This document shows, piece after piece, positions 9,862-19,912 of a DNA stretch of 64,000 nucleotides (position 1 is the stretch's first letter; every line of letters begins with the position of its first letter). Position numbers and translations under genes: made by a program. Below the pieces are notes generated by a model. That model did not search any database and was not told the DNA's origin. It saw only the letters and a program-made list of their open reading frames with translations. Source of the stretch: Candidatus Methanoperedenaceae archaeon (GTDB lineage: Archaea; Halobacteriota; Methanosarcinia; Methanosarcinales; Methanoperedenaceae); NCBI GenBank assembly GCA_963753595.1, contig CAVWCX010000022.1, positions 1-64,000 on the forward strand, written 5' to 3'.

Positions 9862-10446
9862 ATGATTTTAAAACTTGTGATTCTGACCGTTATCTTTTTT
9901 TATTCAAAGTCGTATATGAAGCCAGGAGAAAATATGTTAAAAAAAATTATATTGTTAATGATCTTATTATCCGTAACTGCTTTTGTTTCCGGCTGTATTG
10001 ATGATAAAACCGGTGATAATCCAGTAGATAAGACTGAAACGATCAAATCTGAACAAATTCCCACTGTCAATTTGCCTTCTGGTTTTACATTCATGGCAAT
10101 ACATGAAACCGATGTTGATATTGGCACATCTTCAAGAAAAGCAATTGAAGGATATTACAGGACAGATACCGGAGAAGATATATATATCCAGGTTTTCAAA
10201 ACGGATTCGCCGGAAACCATCATGAACGAATATAAGGCTATGTATAAGGATGCCGGTTATGACCCATTCACTGAGATATACTTTAATGGCCACAAAGCAA
10301 CAAAAGTTATGTATTATTTTACAGTCGATGGGAAGTTGGTGCCTAAATATAATCTTATCTGGACAACCAACGGTTCAATGATCAAAGTCGGGTCGTCGAT
10401 CGATGCCCAGAAAGTGATTAACCTGGCCACAGCGACTAATAGTTAA
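9862..10446 (+). CDS. Putative lipoprotein (true start probably near 9933)
   Basis: Hydrophobic signal followed by lipobox VSGC. Confidence 0.7.
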   Translation: MILKLVILTVIFFYSKSYMKPGENMLKKIILLMILLSVTAFVSGCIDDKTGDNPVDKTETIKSEQIPTVNLPSGFTFMAIHETDVDIGTSSRKAIEGYYRTDTGEDIYIQVFKTDSPETIMNEYKAMYKDAGYDPFTEIYFNGHKATKVMYYFTVDGKLVPKYNLIWTTNGSMIKVGSSIDAQKVINLATATNS

Positions 10447-11180
10447 AGAAGGTTCATCATCTTGTGCGTTTGCGGTATGGCACGCACATCTTTTAATTTT
10501 TCTCCCGCAAAATCCATCAGTTCAAACAATAAAGATGAAGGGACTTTTTTTTCTGATGTCACAGGCTGGAGGATAAAAGGAATATTATCATCAATTGATC
10601 TGACACCTTCGATAGCAAATGATAATGACTGTTTTGTAGTTTCCGGCATGATTATTACCTTCACAAAAGTCTTTGCAGTCTCATTCAAAATAGAGATCGT
10701 CTCAAGCTCATTTTTCAAAAGCTGCGAATAATGGTCAGTACATTCATGTTCCGGCAATTTAATATCGCATGATGCTATTGCAATAATATCCTTTAATTCC
10801 CGCGCTTTTTCTGGAAATCCTGAATTCGTTTCAAGATATAAGGGATATCCGATCTCAAGCGTCTTTATGAAATCAGCATGCAGTAACGGTTCCCCACCTG
10901 TCAGGCTGACATGTTTTGTTGATGGTGTCCACAACTTCCGGATGAAATCCTCAACATCTTCCCTGTGTAATGGTGTTTGTACTGAATTAAATTTTCCGCT
11001 TCCGGGTTTTGTCTCAACTCCGCAAGAGCCTGATATTTCACGAGTTCGCGGGGTATCGCAGTAAGCACAGTGGAGCTGGCATTTTTCAAACCTGACAAAA
11101 ACCTGGCGCATGCCCGCATAAGGACCTTCCCCCTGTATGGAATTGAATATCTCGTTTATGTATGCAGGCATTAAAACCAA
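10443..11180 (-). CDS. queE: 7-carboxy-7-deazaguanine synthase (radical SAM)
   Basis: EIFNSIQGEG, CxxxCxxCDT, TGGEPLL, PQTHK. Confidence 0.9.
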   Translation of the reverse strand: MVLMPAYINEIFNSIQGEGPYAGMRQVFVRFEKCQLHCAYCDTPRTREISGSCGVETKPGSGKFNSVQTPLHREDVEDFIRKLWTPSTKHVSLTGGEPLLHADFIKTLEIGYPLYLETNSGFPEKARELKDIIAIASCDIKLPEHECTDHYSQLLKNELETISILNETAKTFVKVIIMPETTKQSLSFAIEGVRSIDDNIPFILQPVTSEKKVPSSLLFELMDFAGEKLKDVRAIPQTHKMMNLL

Positions 11181-11196
11181 TATTAAATTATTCCAG

Positions 11197-12288
11197 CTAT
11201 CTTACAAAATCAATCCCGTATTTAGCCGTTGAAATATTTCCTTTAGTATTCTTACCTAGAATTTGCGGTGATGTAACTCCTGTGACTACGACCATTGTGC
11301 GTATGACATTTTCAAGGTCAGGGTCAACCATTGCACCCCATATCAGCCTTGCCTTGGGATCAATGCGTGTATATAGCTCATTTACCACACTTTCAGCCTC
11401 AGCTATGGTCATATCCGGGCCTCCAACTACATTTACAAGTGCGCCTGATGCGCCGGATACATCTACATCAAGGAGGGGGCTCCTCAGCGCTTTCTGGATG
11501 GATTCTATTGCTTTGTTTTCGCCTTCGGCCTCACCAAGACCTATCATGGCAACGCCGCTCTTTTGCATAATAACCCTGACATCGGCAAAATCAAGATTTA
11601 CGAGACCCGGTTTTGTGATCAATTCTGTTATTCCTTTTACTGAGCGCATAAGGACTTCATCGCATACTTTAAAAGCTGTCTGCAAAGGAAGATGAGGGAC
11701 AACTTCAAGCAATTTGTCATTAGGAACAACTATTACGGTATCTACTGAATCACGAAGGCGCTCAAGTCCTGCTTCAGCATTATCCATGCGGATTTGTCCT
11801 TCAACTGAAAATGGAAGTGTTACAACAGCTATTGTTAATGCCCCGGCATCACGCGCAATTTCTGCAACAACAGGGGCTGAGCCAGTACCTGTTCCGCCGC
11901 CAAGTCCGCATGTTATGAAAACAAGATCTGCATTCTCCACAGCTTTTTCAATCGCAGCTTTTGATTCCTGGGCAGCATCCTGCCCTATCTGGGGCAGGCT
12001 TCCCGCGCCAAGCCCTCTGGTCCTGTTTCTCCCGATAAGGATCTTCTTTTTAACCTGGATATTTAATAAATGCTGGGCATCTGTATTGATAGCATACAGC
12101 TCCGCCCCAAGTATTCCCTCGTCAGAAATCCTCTGGATAGTGTTCGAGCCTGAACCTCCGCATCCAATGACAACAATATTTGTCTTTAATTCCTTTAATA
12201 TTTCCAGAAGTTCCTTGTCTGTATCCCCAATTACTGGCATTGGGGATTCACCTGCCCTTGATATTGCTTCTTTAATTATTGATTCCAT
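11197..12288 (-). CDS. ftsZ: Cell division protein FtsZ (FtsZ1-type)
   Basis: [16 protein letters not shown]-terminal GIDFV. Confidence 0.97.
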   Translation of the reverse strand: MESIIKEAISRAGESPMPVIGDTDKELLEILKELKTNIVVIGCGGSGSNTIQRISDEGILGAELYAINTDAQHLLNIQVKKKILIGRNRTRGLGAGSLPQIGQDAAQESKAAIEKAVENADLVFITCGLGGGTGTGSAPVVAEIARDAGALTIAVVTLPFSVEGQIRMDNAEAGLERLRDSVDTVIVVPNDKLLEVVPHLPLQTAFKVCDEVLMRSVKGITELITKPGLVNLDFADVRVIMQKSGVAMIGLGEAEGENKAIESIQKALRSPLLDVDVSGASGALVNVVGGPDMTIAEAESVVNELYTRIDPKARLIWGAMVDPDLENVIRTMVVVTGVTSPQILGKNTKGNISTAKYGIDFVR

Positions 12289-12307
12289 GCTTCTTCTCCA
12301 TCGTTTA

Positions 12308-13699
12308 TTAATTCAATTTAATGGCTCTTTTATTTGTTTCATATACCATCTCTGGATTTATAGTTTTTCCGCCTATTATCACGGATTCACCCCGGGCCAG
12401 CCGCCCATAAAGCGCAATGTCCACAATCCCGAGTGATTTTGCAAGTTCCGGACTAAACTTCCTGTCAGATATTTGCAGTATTCCTTTATCCAGACTGACA
12501 TCATAATGTTTACTTATAATTTCAACACATTTATCCCTTAATTCTTCCGCAGCCAGCCTGGCACATGAATCATCAATCCCGATAAGGATATGAGCAAATC
12601 TCCCATCTTCATATTCGATATAGGCTATATTATGGTCACAGAGGAAAGCCTTAAGACCATTCTTATCAAGTTTTTCCGCTTCGGATAAAAGCGCGGGATT
12701 GATCCTTGCGATCCTGACCTTTGGGCAGATACATGTCTGGCAGGAGGATAACGCACATTTTATCCCGTCTGTGATCACAGGTTTCCCGGAAGGACATATC
12801 TCCTTGACCCTTTTTCGAAGCTGCACGCAAAATTCCCAGGGCACTCCATCCATTTCCCTGATGTCGCTTTCCTTTAACACTTCAAACCCGATGTTTTCTA
12901 TCATCTTACCCAGCTTCTCACGCTGCTCCCCCTTCATGGATTTTCGGTCAAAATATGCAAAATCAGCTCCACTTCTCACAAAAGCCTGGCTTATCATGGC
13001 CTCATCCATTTCATCGAGGGAATGTGAGGGAAAAATGTGACCGAAAGTGACATCCGTAGAAAGGATCATGGAAGTTTGTCTTGGCGCATAATGCGTACCC
13101 CCAAAACCCACAGCAACGGGTGAATCACTATCCTTAAAGAGAAGTATGGCTTCTGCGACTATCCGCCCTGCCACTTCATCAACCCATTGAGCTTCGCTGC
13201 TTCCTATTTCTATAAAAACAGACGGAACATCAAGGTCACTTGGACCATGGTGCGTACATTCAAGTGTAACTTCATAATCTTCATTTCCAGCAAGCATTTT
13301 CAGTGAGCGAAGCAACGACCTGACAGCTTGCGGGGCAGAGACTGAAAGTTTCCTGGGAGTTCCTCCGAATTTTGCTTCATTAACATTACCCGTAGAATGG
13401 ACAGTAAGAATAGCGCGTAAATCTTTGCTTCTGTGTTTGGAAGCAAATATCATAAGGGATGCAGGATAACCCAACCCGGATAACCTTTTATCCAGGCCAT
13501 CCTGGAAAATCAGGGATTCTCCTATTTCCACTATCCTGAAATCCTTATACTCAAAAACATGGATATTTTCTTCCTGGCTGACAGGAGTCCATTTTCGAAG
13601 AGATAGAATGCAGTTCTTGATATTCTGGCTTGCCCTGTCCTGAGTTGAACAGACAATCGTAGCTTTTACTTCACCTATCAAAACACAGCCTTCTGCCAC
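12308..13699 (-). CDS. dtdA: D-aminoacyl-tRNA deacylase (archaeal DTD2)
   Basis: [31 protein letters not shown]; lies next to ftsZ. Confidence 0.9.
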   Translation of the reverse strand: MAEGCVLIGEVKATIVCSTQDRASQNIKNCILSLRKWTPVSQEENIHVFEYKDFRIVEIGESLIFQDGLDKRLSGLGYPASLMIFASKHRSKDLRAILTVHSTGNVNEAKFGGTPRKLSVSAPQAVRSLLRSLKMLAGNEDYEVTLECTHHGPSDLDVPSVFIEIGSSEAQWVDEVAGRIVAEAILLFKDSDSPVAVGFGGTHYAPRQTSMILSTDVTFGHIFPSHSLDEMDEAMISQAFVRSGADFAYFDRKSMKGEQREKLGKMIENIGFEVLKESDIREMDGVPWEFCVQLRKRVKEICPSGKPVITDGIKCALSSCQTCICPKVRIARINPALLSEAEKLDKNGLKAFLCDHNIAYIEYEDGRFAHILIGIDDSCARLAAEELRDKCVEIISKHYDVSLDKGILQISDRKFSPELAKSLGIVDIALYGRLARGESVIIGGKTINPEMVYETNKRAIKLN

Positions 13700-13716
13700 T
13701 CTAATATAATAAAAAA

Positions 13717-14019
13717 TTAATCAAAGTCGCTGCCAGTGATCATCTTCTTATCTACTATAGCATAATCCTTGGCGGCCCTTACTGCTTCGAAAGGTATCAA
13801 TACATAATTATTTTGTTTCTTATATTTTGATATATCTACATTGTTCGTTGGCTTCACGACAAGATAAAGCAAAGCTCCGCCCTGCATGTCCATTACAACA
13901 TCGGTAGCAAATCCAAGCTCTGACCCGTCAGTAAGCATCACTCTCTTATTAGCTAAATTTTTTGCAAGTATTTTTGCCATAGTAATCCCTTCATGAACCT
14001 TTCCCAATAATGGGTTCAT
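13717..14019 (-). CDS. PRC-barrel domain protein (CdpB-like)
   Basis: ILAKNLANKRVMLTDGSELG...IPFEAVRAAKDY. Confidence 0.8.
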   Translation of the reverse strand: MNPLLGKVHEGITMAKILAKNLANKRVMLTDGSELGFATDVVMDMQGGALLYLVVKPTNNVDISKYKKQNNYVLIPFEAVRAAKDYAIVDKKMITGSDFD

Positions 14020-14033
14020 CTAATATGCTTTTC

Positions 14034-16265
14034 TCACCTGTAACCTATATAAGACTTCTGTTCCTGTTTCGTCCCGCCTTTAAATTGTTCCTGAAGCTTC
14101 TGATAATATTCCACCATATCTTCAGCAAGAGCAGGCCTCACTTTCTTAAGAGCGTCACGGAAATGTTTCATTTCCACGATATCGGTATCGAAATTCTCCC
14201 TGAGGGCAAGCATTACCGCTTCCCTGCACAGGGATTCAATATCAGATCCCACATAATTTTCTGTGAGATCCGCAAGTTCTTCAATATCCACGTCATCGGA
14301 AAGATGACCATTTTTAAGGTTTTTAAGATGGATATTGAATATATCGATCCTTCCAGCCCTTCCAGGGGGCCCTATAAAGACAAGCCTGTCAAACCTGCCG
14401 GAACGTATCAGGGCAGGGTCTATTATTTCAGGCCTGTTGGTCGCGGCAATAACTACAACATTCTTTAATACTTCTATTCCATCAAGTTCGGTGAGTAACT
14501 GGTTTATGACTCTTTCTGATGTCTTTGAACCATACTCAGTGCCGCGGATAGGGGCGATAGCATCAAGTTCATCAAGGAAGATTATTGCCGGTGAAACCTG
14601 GCGCGCTTTCTTAAATACCTCGCGGATGGCTTTCTCGGATTCTCCTACCCATTTGGATAGAAGCTGCGGACCCCGTACACTTATGAAATTAGCAGAACTT
14701 TCATTGGCGACTGCTTTTGCAAGAAGCGTTTTTCCAGTCCCGGGAGGACCATACAGGAGTATTCCCCTTGGCGGGCGGATGCTCATTTTCTGGAATCTTT
14801 CCGGGAATTTTAATGGCCATTCCACTGCTTCTTTTATCTCCTGCTTTGCATCATCAAGACCCCCGACATCATCCCAGACAACATCAGGCACTTCTATCAT
14901 TACTTCTCTCATTGCCGAGGGTTCGACTTCTTTTAATGCATCTTCAAAATCGTTTGCTGTCACCTGCATGCTTTCCAGGATCTTACGGGGAACGATCTCT
15001 TCAAGTTTTATCTGGGGGAGGTATCTTCTTAGCGCTTTCATGGCTGCTTCCTTGGCAAGCGCCGAAATATCCGCACCTACGAACCCATGCGTCCTGTTCG
15101 AGATGTATTCAATGTTCACTTCCTCAGAAAGCGGCATGCCTCTTGTATGGATCTGGAAAATCTCGATCCTGTCAAGCCTGTCCGGAACTCCGATCTCTAT
15201 CTCACGATCAAACCTGCCTGGTCGGCGAAGCGCCGGGTCAATAGCATCAATACGGTTAGTTGCACCGATCACAACCACCTGGCCTCTTTCTTCCAGGCCA
15301 TCCATCATTGTCAGGAGCTGTGCGACCACGCGCCGCTCAACTTCACCCGTTACTTCTTCCCTTTTCGGGGCAATGGAATCCAGTTCATCAATGAATATAA
15401 TGGAAGGAGCAGCTTTGTTTGCCTGCTCGAAAACCTCGCGAAGCCGCTGCTCGCTCTCCCCGTAATATTTGCTCATGATCTCAGGGCCAGCAATAGAAAA
15501 GAAATTGGCTCCGGATTCATTTGCAACTGCTCTTGCTATCAGGGTTTTTCCAGTTCCAGGGGGGCCGTGCATCAAAACACCCTTGGGCGGCTCTATTCCC
15601 AATCGTTCAAATACTTCCGGGTGTTTCATGGGAAGTTCTATCATCTCACGCAGGCGCTGGATCTCATCACCCAGGCCCCCGATGTCTTCATAAGTGATCC
15701 CTGTCCCGGTTACATCAAGAACAACAGGTTTCTCCCTGAGTGTTATTTCAGTCTTGTCGGTAATTAATATGATACCTTCGGGCTCAGCTTCAATAGCGAT
15801 AAGAGGGATCGCCTGTCCGGTAACTACCCGGCCCAGGAATGGGTGTGCCATCGTACTCATTACAGGAATTATATCCCCTTTGGTTATGGGGCGTTTCATT
15901 ATCTGGCGTTTTACCATTTCTTCAGCATCCCCGCCAAATTGTATGGAAGTTCCTTCCGGCGGCGCAAGAACTACCTTTTGCGCAGGCTGGACATTTGCTT
16001 TTCTCAGTTTGATGGTATCACCGATGCCAACCCCCGCATTCTGCCGGATGAAACCGTCTATACGAATGATATTTTCTTCCCAGTCATTCCGGTCAGCACG
16101 CCAGACTTTTGCAGCCGTGGATTTTTTCCCTTCGATCTCGATTATGTCACCGGGTATCAGCTGCAAGACCATCAGTGTATGCGGATCAAGCCGCGCTATT
16201 CCTCTTCCGGAATCATTCGGATATGCCTTTGCAACCGTGAGTTGTTTTCCATCTTTTTCGTTCAT
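14034..16265 (-). CDS. cdc48: CDC48/VCP family AAA ATPase
   Basis: N-domain plus two [11 protein letters not shown] modules, [10 protein letters not shown]. Confidence 0.97.
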   Translation of the reverse strand: MNEKDGKQLTVAKAYPNDSGRGIARLDPHTLMVLQLIPGDIIEIEGKKSTAAKVWRADRNDWEENIIRIDGFIRQNAGVGIGDTIKLRKANVQPAQKVVLAPPEGTSIQFGGDAEEMVKRQIMKRPITKGDIIPVMSTMAHPFLGRVVTGQAIPLIAIEAEPEGIILITDKTEITLREKPVVLDVTGTGITYEDIGGLGDEIQRLREMIELPMKHPEVFERLGIEPPKGVLMHGPPGTGKTLIARAVANESGANFFSIAGPEIMSKYYGESEQRLREVFEQANKAAPSIIFIDELDSIAPKREEVTGEVERRVVAQLLTMMDGLEERGQVVVIGATNRIDAIDPALRRPGRFDREIEIGVPDRLDRIEIFQIHTRGMPLSEEVNIEYISNRTHGFVGADISALAKEAAMKALRRYLPQIKLEEIVPRKILESMQVTANDFEDALKEVEPSAMREVMIEVPDVVWDDVGGLDDAKQEIKEAVEWPLKFPERFQKMSIRPPRGILLYGPPGTGKTLLAKAVANESSANFISVRGPQLLSKWVGESEKAIREVFKKARQVSPAIIFLDELDAIAPIRGTEYGSKTSERVINQLLTELDGIEVLKNVVVIAATNRPEIIDPALIRSGRFDRLVFIGPPGRAGRIDIFNIHLKNLKNGHLSDDVDIEELADLTENYVGSDIESLCREAVMLALRENFDTDIVEMKHFRDALKKVRPALAEDMVEYYQKLQEQFKGGTKQEQKSYIGYR

Positions 16266-16425
16266 TTTTATATCCCCTCAGATATATTTACTTCTCTGAT
16301 ATTTTTTTGTTATTTTATATCAGGATATCTAATTGTATCACATGGATAAAAATATATGCCAGAGGTTTTAAGGATTCTAAAGGAATTGTGCAGTTAGCAT
16401 TTACCTGGTTAAATGCTCTTACTAT

Positions 16426-16565
16426 TTTTGGATTTCTCCAAGGGGTGATTATAACCAATAACAGCGCGCACGGTCAGATATGCGTTTCCCATGTTTCAAT
16501 CCCTCTAAGGGGTGATTTTAACACAAGCAGCGGAAAATAAAAAACTTCTTGATATTCATGTTTCA
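16426..16565 (-). CRISPR. Degenerate CRISPR mini-array: one intact 30-nt repeat, one degenerate repeat, one 6-nt repeat remnant, two 37-nt spacers; no cas genes in window
   Basis: GTTTCAATCCCTCTAAGGGGTGATTTTAAC at 16493-16522; 23/30 copy at 16426-16455; GTTTCA at 16560; exact 67-nt period; minus-strand repeat ends in ATTGAAAC. Confidence 0.8.
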
Positions 16566-16583
16566 TTTCAATATCGTTATTCA

Positions 16584-17024
16584 TCACTTCCCCTCCCCCG
16601 CCCTCATCTTCTTCGCCTCCCTCAACACCTCTTCAAACCGATCCAGAAACTCAGGCGGCATCCCCTGGCTTATCATAAGGAGCAGGATCGAAACTGCGCC
16701 CCTGTTGTAGAACTCCTTCGCGAGGGCTTCATAATTAATTTTTTCCATGCCGATCTCCTGCACCTGTTTCCAATCCTCTTCATAAGTAAGATCCAGCAAC
16801 CTGTGAGCGACCTTTTCACATCGGGGAATATGCTTCGAAATGTCTTCAGGCGTCATCTTCAGCTCTTCAGGAGAATAGCCCTTTTCCAGTAATTCCATAC
16901 ACCTGTCACAGGTCAGCATACCATTTTTGGGCTTCGGGCAGTCCATATCAATTCCGCAAATGGAGCAGCAAGTGTTTGACTTTCGTGTATTCTTTATTTT
17001 TCCACCTCGTTTCTCCGCCTTCAT
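16584..17024 (-). CDS. Hypothetical protein with N-terminal Cys-rich (Zn-finger-like) region
   Basis: CSIC...CDRC followed by helical, charged C-terminus. Confidence 0.65.
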   Translation of the reverse strand: MKAEKRGGKIKNTRKSNTCCSICGIDMDCPKPKNGMLTCDRCMELLEKGYSPEELKMTPEDISKHIPRCEKVAHRLLDLTYEEDWKQVQEIGMEKINYEALAKEFYNRGAVSILLLMISQGMPPEFLDRFEEVLREAKKMRAGEGK

Positions 17025-17144
17025 AGACTCTTTGAATTATCTATGAGATTATAAATCTTTTTAGAGCGGAGTGAAACTAATTTATTTTATCGAAAACTAT
17101 AAGATAGTCGGTTTTTTAAACAAGTTCGATCAAAAAGGAATCAG

Positions 17145-17514
17145 ATGGCAGAACTCACACAGGAAGATAATCGAAATCCATGACGAGATCATACAAAAAT
17201 ATGGCGGGACAAATGGGGTATTAAGTGAAGCTACACTGGAAATGCTCGTCTATAAAGTGAATCGTGAGCATGATGTGTTAAGACAATCATCTATGGTTCT
17301 GCACAAGATAACGTCCCAACACCCTTTTTTTGATGGAAATAAAAGAACAGCCCTGGTGACGGCTGAAAAAATGCTTTATGATGAAGGATATTACATCCAT
17401 GCAGAAACTGAAGAAAAAGTTAATTTGGTGATAAAAATAGCAGAATATAAGTGTACTGTAAAAACAATAGAAAAATGGGTCAAAGAATCAATCAGAGAAC
17501 TACATCCGGGCTAA
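17145..17514 (+). pseudogene. doc: Fic/Doc family toxin, apparently frameshifted just after its start
   Basis: HPFFDGNKRTA Fic motif. The natural-looking start ATG 17145 (MAELT) is out of frame with the body (RKIIEIHDEII); the track's GTG 17071 start runs through AT-rich promoter-like DNA. Confidence 0.65.
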
Positions 17515-17631
17515 TATCTTGAGAGCTTTATCGTTCTTTTGCATTATTTCCAATACTTCTTCTTTTTCTTTGGATGATAGCCCCTCTTCTTTTCTTACAA
17601 CTGTCTTGGGCTGTTTTGCTTGATATCTCAT
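17500..17631 (-). CDS. Small (43 aa) putative Doc antitoxin
   Basis: MRYQAKQPKTVVRKEEGLSSKEKEEVLEIMQKNDKALKILARM. C-terminus resembles the helix of Doc-partner antitoxins; convergent 15-nt overlap with doc. Confidence 0.6.
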   Translation of the reverse strand: MRYQAKQPKTVVRKEEGLSSKEKEEVLEIMQKNDKALKILARM

Positions 17632-17899
17632 GTAAACATCAATTAGTTTTATTCTATATAAACAATGCTTCAATATTTAAATCTCCTGTGTGATAATGAT
17701 CAAGACTTTTTACCTGGCATAAATCTTTATCGGCTATTATTGAGTTTGAGTAATTCAATTTCAAGAGCTTGAATAATCCCTTTCAATCTATTTATATGCC
17801 AGACCCGGGCGCTTCCCAGCCTTCTTATTCCCGTGCTTTAAGCTCGTGCTTTGCCTGAGCAATTATATACCATAATCACCATACAAGGACTGAACAATT

Positions 17900-18808
17900 A
17901 TGGTATATGATGTAGTTATAATCGGCGGCGGGCCTGCGGGTCTCACTGCGGGAATTTATGTAAAGCGCGCTATGCTGGATGCTGTCCTTCTTGAAAAAAT
18001 GGGGGTCGGAGGACAGATAATCGTCACTGACATGGTTGAGAACTTCCCGGGTTTCCTTGAGATATCGGGTGCTGACCTCGCAGCGAAATTCCAATCACAG
18101 GCACGCAAATTCGGGCTTGAAATGAAAAGCATGATCGAAGTTGATGCGATCGAGGATAAAGGAAATACCAAGATCATTAAAACAACAGACGGCGACATCG
18201 AAACTAAATCAGTTATAATTGCCTCAGGCACAACGCCAAAAAAGCTGGGGGCAAAAGGGGAGATTGAATTCACAGGCAGGGGGGTTTCCTATTGTGCTAC
18301 ATGTGACGGCTTTTTCTTCAGGGACAAGGTTGTCGTTGTGATAGGGGGAGGAGATTCCGCGATCACTGAAGCTATTTTTCTCACAAAGATGGCAAAAAAA
18401 GTAATTGTCGTGCACAGGCGGGACGAGCTGCGTGCTGAAAAGATAAACCAGGAGCATGCTTTTTCTAATCCAAAGATCAGTTTTGTATGGGATTCGGTAC
18501 TTGAAGAAATTATGGGAAAAACCATTGTCGAGAAAGTAATTTTAAGGAACCTGAAAACAAATGCTGCCTCCGAAGTAAAAACAGACGGGGTATTCATATA
18601 TGTAGGTTTGATCCCAAATACAAAATTTGCAGATGTAAAAAAGGATGAATGGGGATTTATTATCGCAAATGACAAAATGGAAACTTCGGTCAAAGGTATA
18701 TTTGTTGCGGGAGATTGCAGGGTCACACCCCTTCGACAGATAGCAACAGCAGTAGGTGATGGGGCGATAGCTGCGGTATCTGCAGAAAGATATCTTGAAG
18801 GATTATAA
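17900..18808 (+). CDS. trxB: Thioredoxin reductase
   Basis: GGGPAG, CATCDG, GGGDSA, AGD..QIATA. Confidence 0.95.
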   Translation: MVYDVVIIGGGPAGLTAGIYVKRAMLDAVLLEKMGVGGQIIVTDMVENFPGFLEISGADLAAKFQSQARKFGLEMKSMIEVDAIEDKGNTKIIKTTDGDIETKSVIIASGTTPKKLGAKGEIEFTGRGVSYCATCDGFFFRDKVVVVIGGGDSAITEAIFLTKMAKKVIVVHRRDELRAEKINQEHAFSNPKISFVWDSVLEEIMGKTIVEKVILRNLKTNAASEVKTDGVFIYVGLIPNTKFADVKKDEWGFIIANDKMETSVKGIFVAGDCRVTPLRQIATAVGDGAIAAVSAERYLEGL

Positions 18809-19304
18809 CAGAAAATTAACAGGAGAGTGGGGCAATTTGAGCCAAAAAGATTTTCAAAAGCTGGATGATTACATATCCCCGCAAGAAAGGGAGCATTTAC
18901 TCAACGGTTTGCACAGATATCTTATATGGGTAGGAGAAAAAGTACCAGATGAAGTAGAGGTTAATGGAGAAAATATTAAACTTCATGAATTGATATGGCG
19001 TTGCATACATAAAAAGGAGATTTCGGAAGACGAAAAAGGCCGTTTACTGGAACTTGTAAATCTTCTTGAAACTAAAGCAAAGGCCGATGAAGAGATCCTT
19101 GTAAGAGATGAACTAACAAAAGAAGAGGCAAAAAGATTATACAGCGAGATCGCAAGTTTCATGCGCGCAATTATGGATCTAAAGGAATGTGAAGAGGGTA
19201 AGATAAAGTTAATAGAGCCAAGTGATGACATCAAACAAAAAGTCGATGATGCACGGCGATGGATAGGGTTTTTGAAAAACGTGGGTAAGAAAACCCCCCT
19301 ATAA
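18795..19304 (+). CDS. Conserved euryarchaeal hypothetical protein (DUF5788-like)
   Basis: ERxxLL..LHRYLIWVGEKVPD...DARRWIGF pattern. Confidence 0.65.
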   Translation: MKDYNRKLTGEWGNLSQKDFQKLDDYISPQEREHLLNGLHRYLIWVGEKVPDEVEVNGENIKLHELIWRCIHKKEISEDEKGRLLELVNLLETKAKADEEILVRDELTKEEAKRLYSEIASFMRAIMDLKECEEGKIKLIEPSDDIKQKVDDARRWIGFLKNVGKKTPL

Positions 19305-19733
19305 CATGAGCTTCATCAGGCAGGCATTCTGGGCATCATTATAATATTTTTCAGCTATCCCGAACTGGAAAAACCCATGCCTCTCATAGAATCGTTTCGC
19401 TTTAATATTATCCATCCTGACCTCAAGGATTATTTCAATGACCCCTCTCTCCCGAAAAATGTTAATTATTTCTTTTAACAGGTTGCTACCAACCCTCCTG
19501 TTTTGATATTTAGGGTCGACAGCAAGTGAAAATATACGCCCTACTCCAAAATCTGCCAGAAATCCTGCTACATAACCTACAACAAAACCATTAATATCAG
19601 CTACAATAAAAGTATCGGGGTATGTCTCATAGAACTGCATGTAAATATAAGGGTCATGCTCATTAAAAACCTTCCTTTCGATGTCGATGACCCACTGAAA
19701 ATCAGAAGGCTGGAATGTTCGTATGATTATCAA
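19299..19733 (-). CDS. rimI: RimI-like GNAT acetyltransferase
   Basis: SLAVDPKYQNRRVG, LEVRMDN, FYERHGF, YY. Confidence 0.85.
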   Translation of the reverse strand: MIIIRTFQPSDFQWVIDIERKVFNEHDPYIYMQFYETYPDTFIVADINGFVVGYVAGFLADFGVGRIFSLAVDPKYQNRRVGSNLLKEIINIFRERGVIEIILEVRMDNIKAKRFYERHGFFQFGIAEKYYNDAQNACLMKLML

Positions 19734-19912
19734 TTTTTCTCCAATTCTCCAATAATATATGACCTGGTATTGGTCTGCATGTTAAATTATGCAGTCCCGA
19801 ATGTTTTGGCCTTATATAAATTCGTTTTGTTTAAATTCTTCCATGTTTATTGTAAGAGCATTGATATATACCGGGGATATAATAAAATAAAAAGTGGCAG
19901 GTAAAGTAAAAT

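Noticed and set aside
14335-15465. Long antisense ORFs (also 40383-41450, 5052-5795, 11714-12436, 20212-20928, 36681-37421)
   Set aside because: They shadow well-supported genes on the opposite strand and have no recognisable motifs.
17775-17800. CTTTCAATC as another CRISPR repeat
   Set aside because: Only a short handle-like match, with no rest of repeat and no periodic partner.
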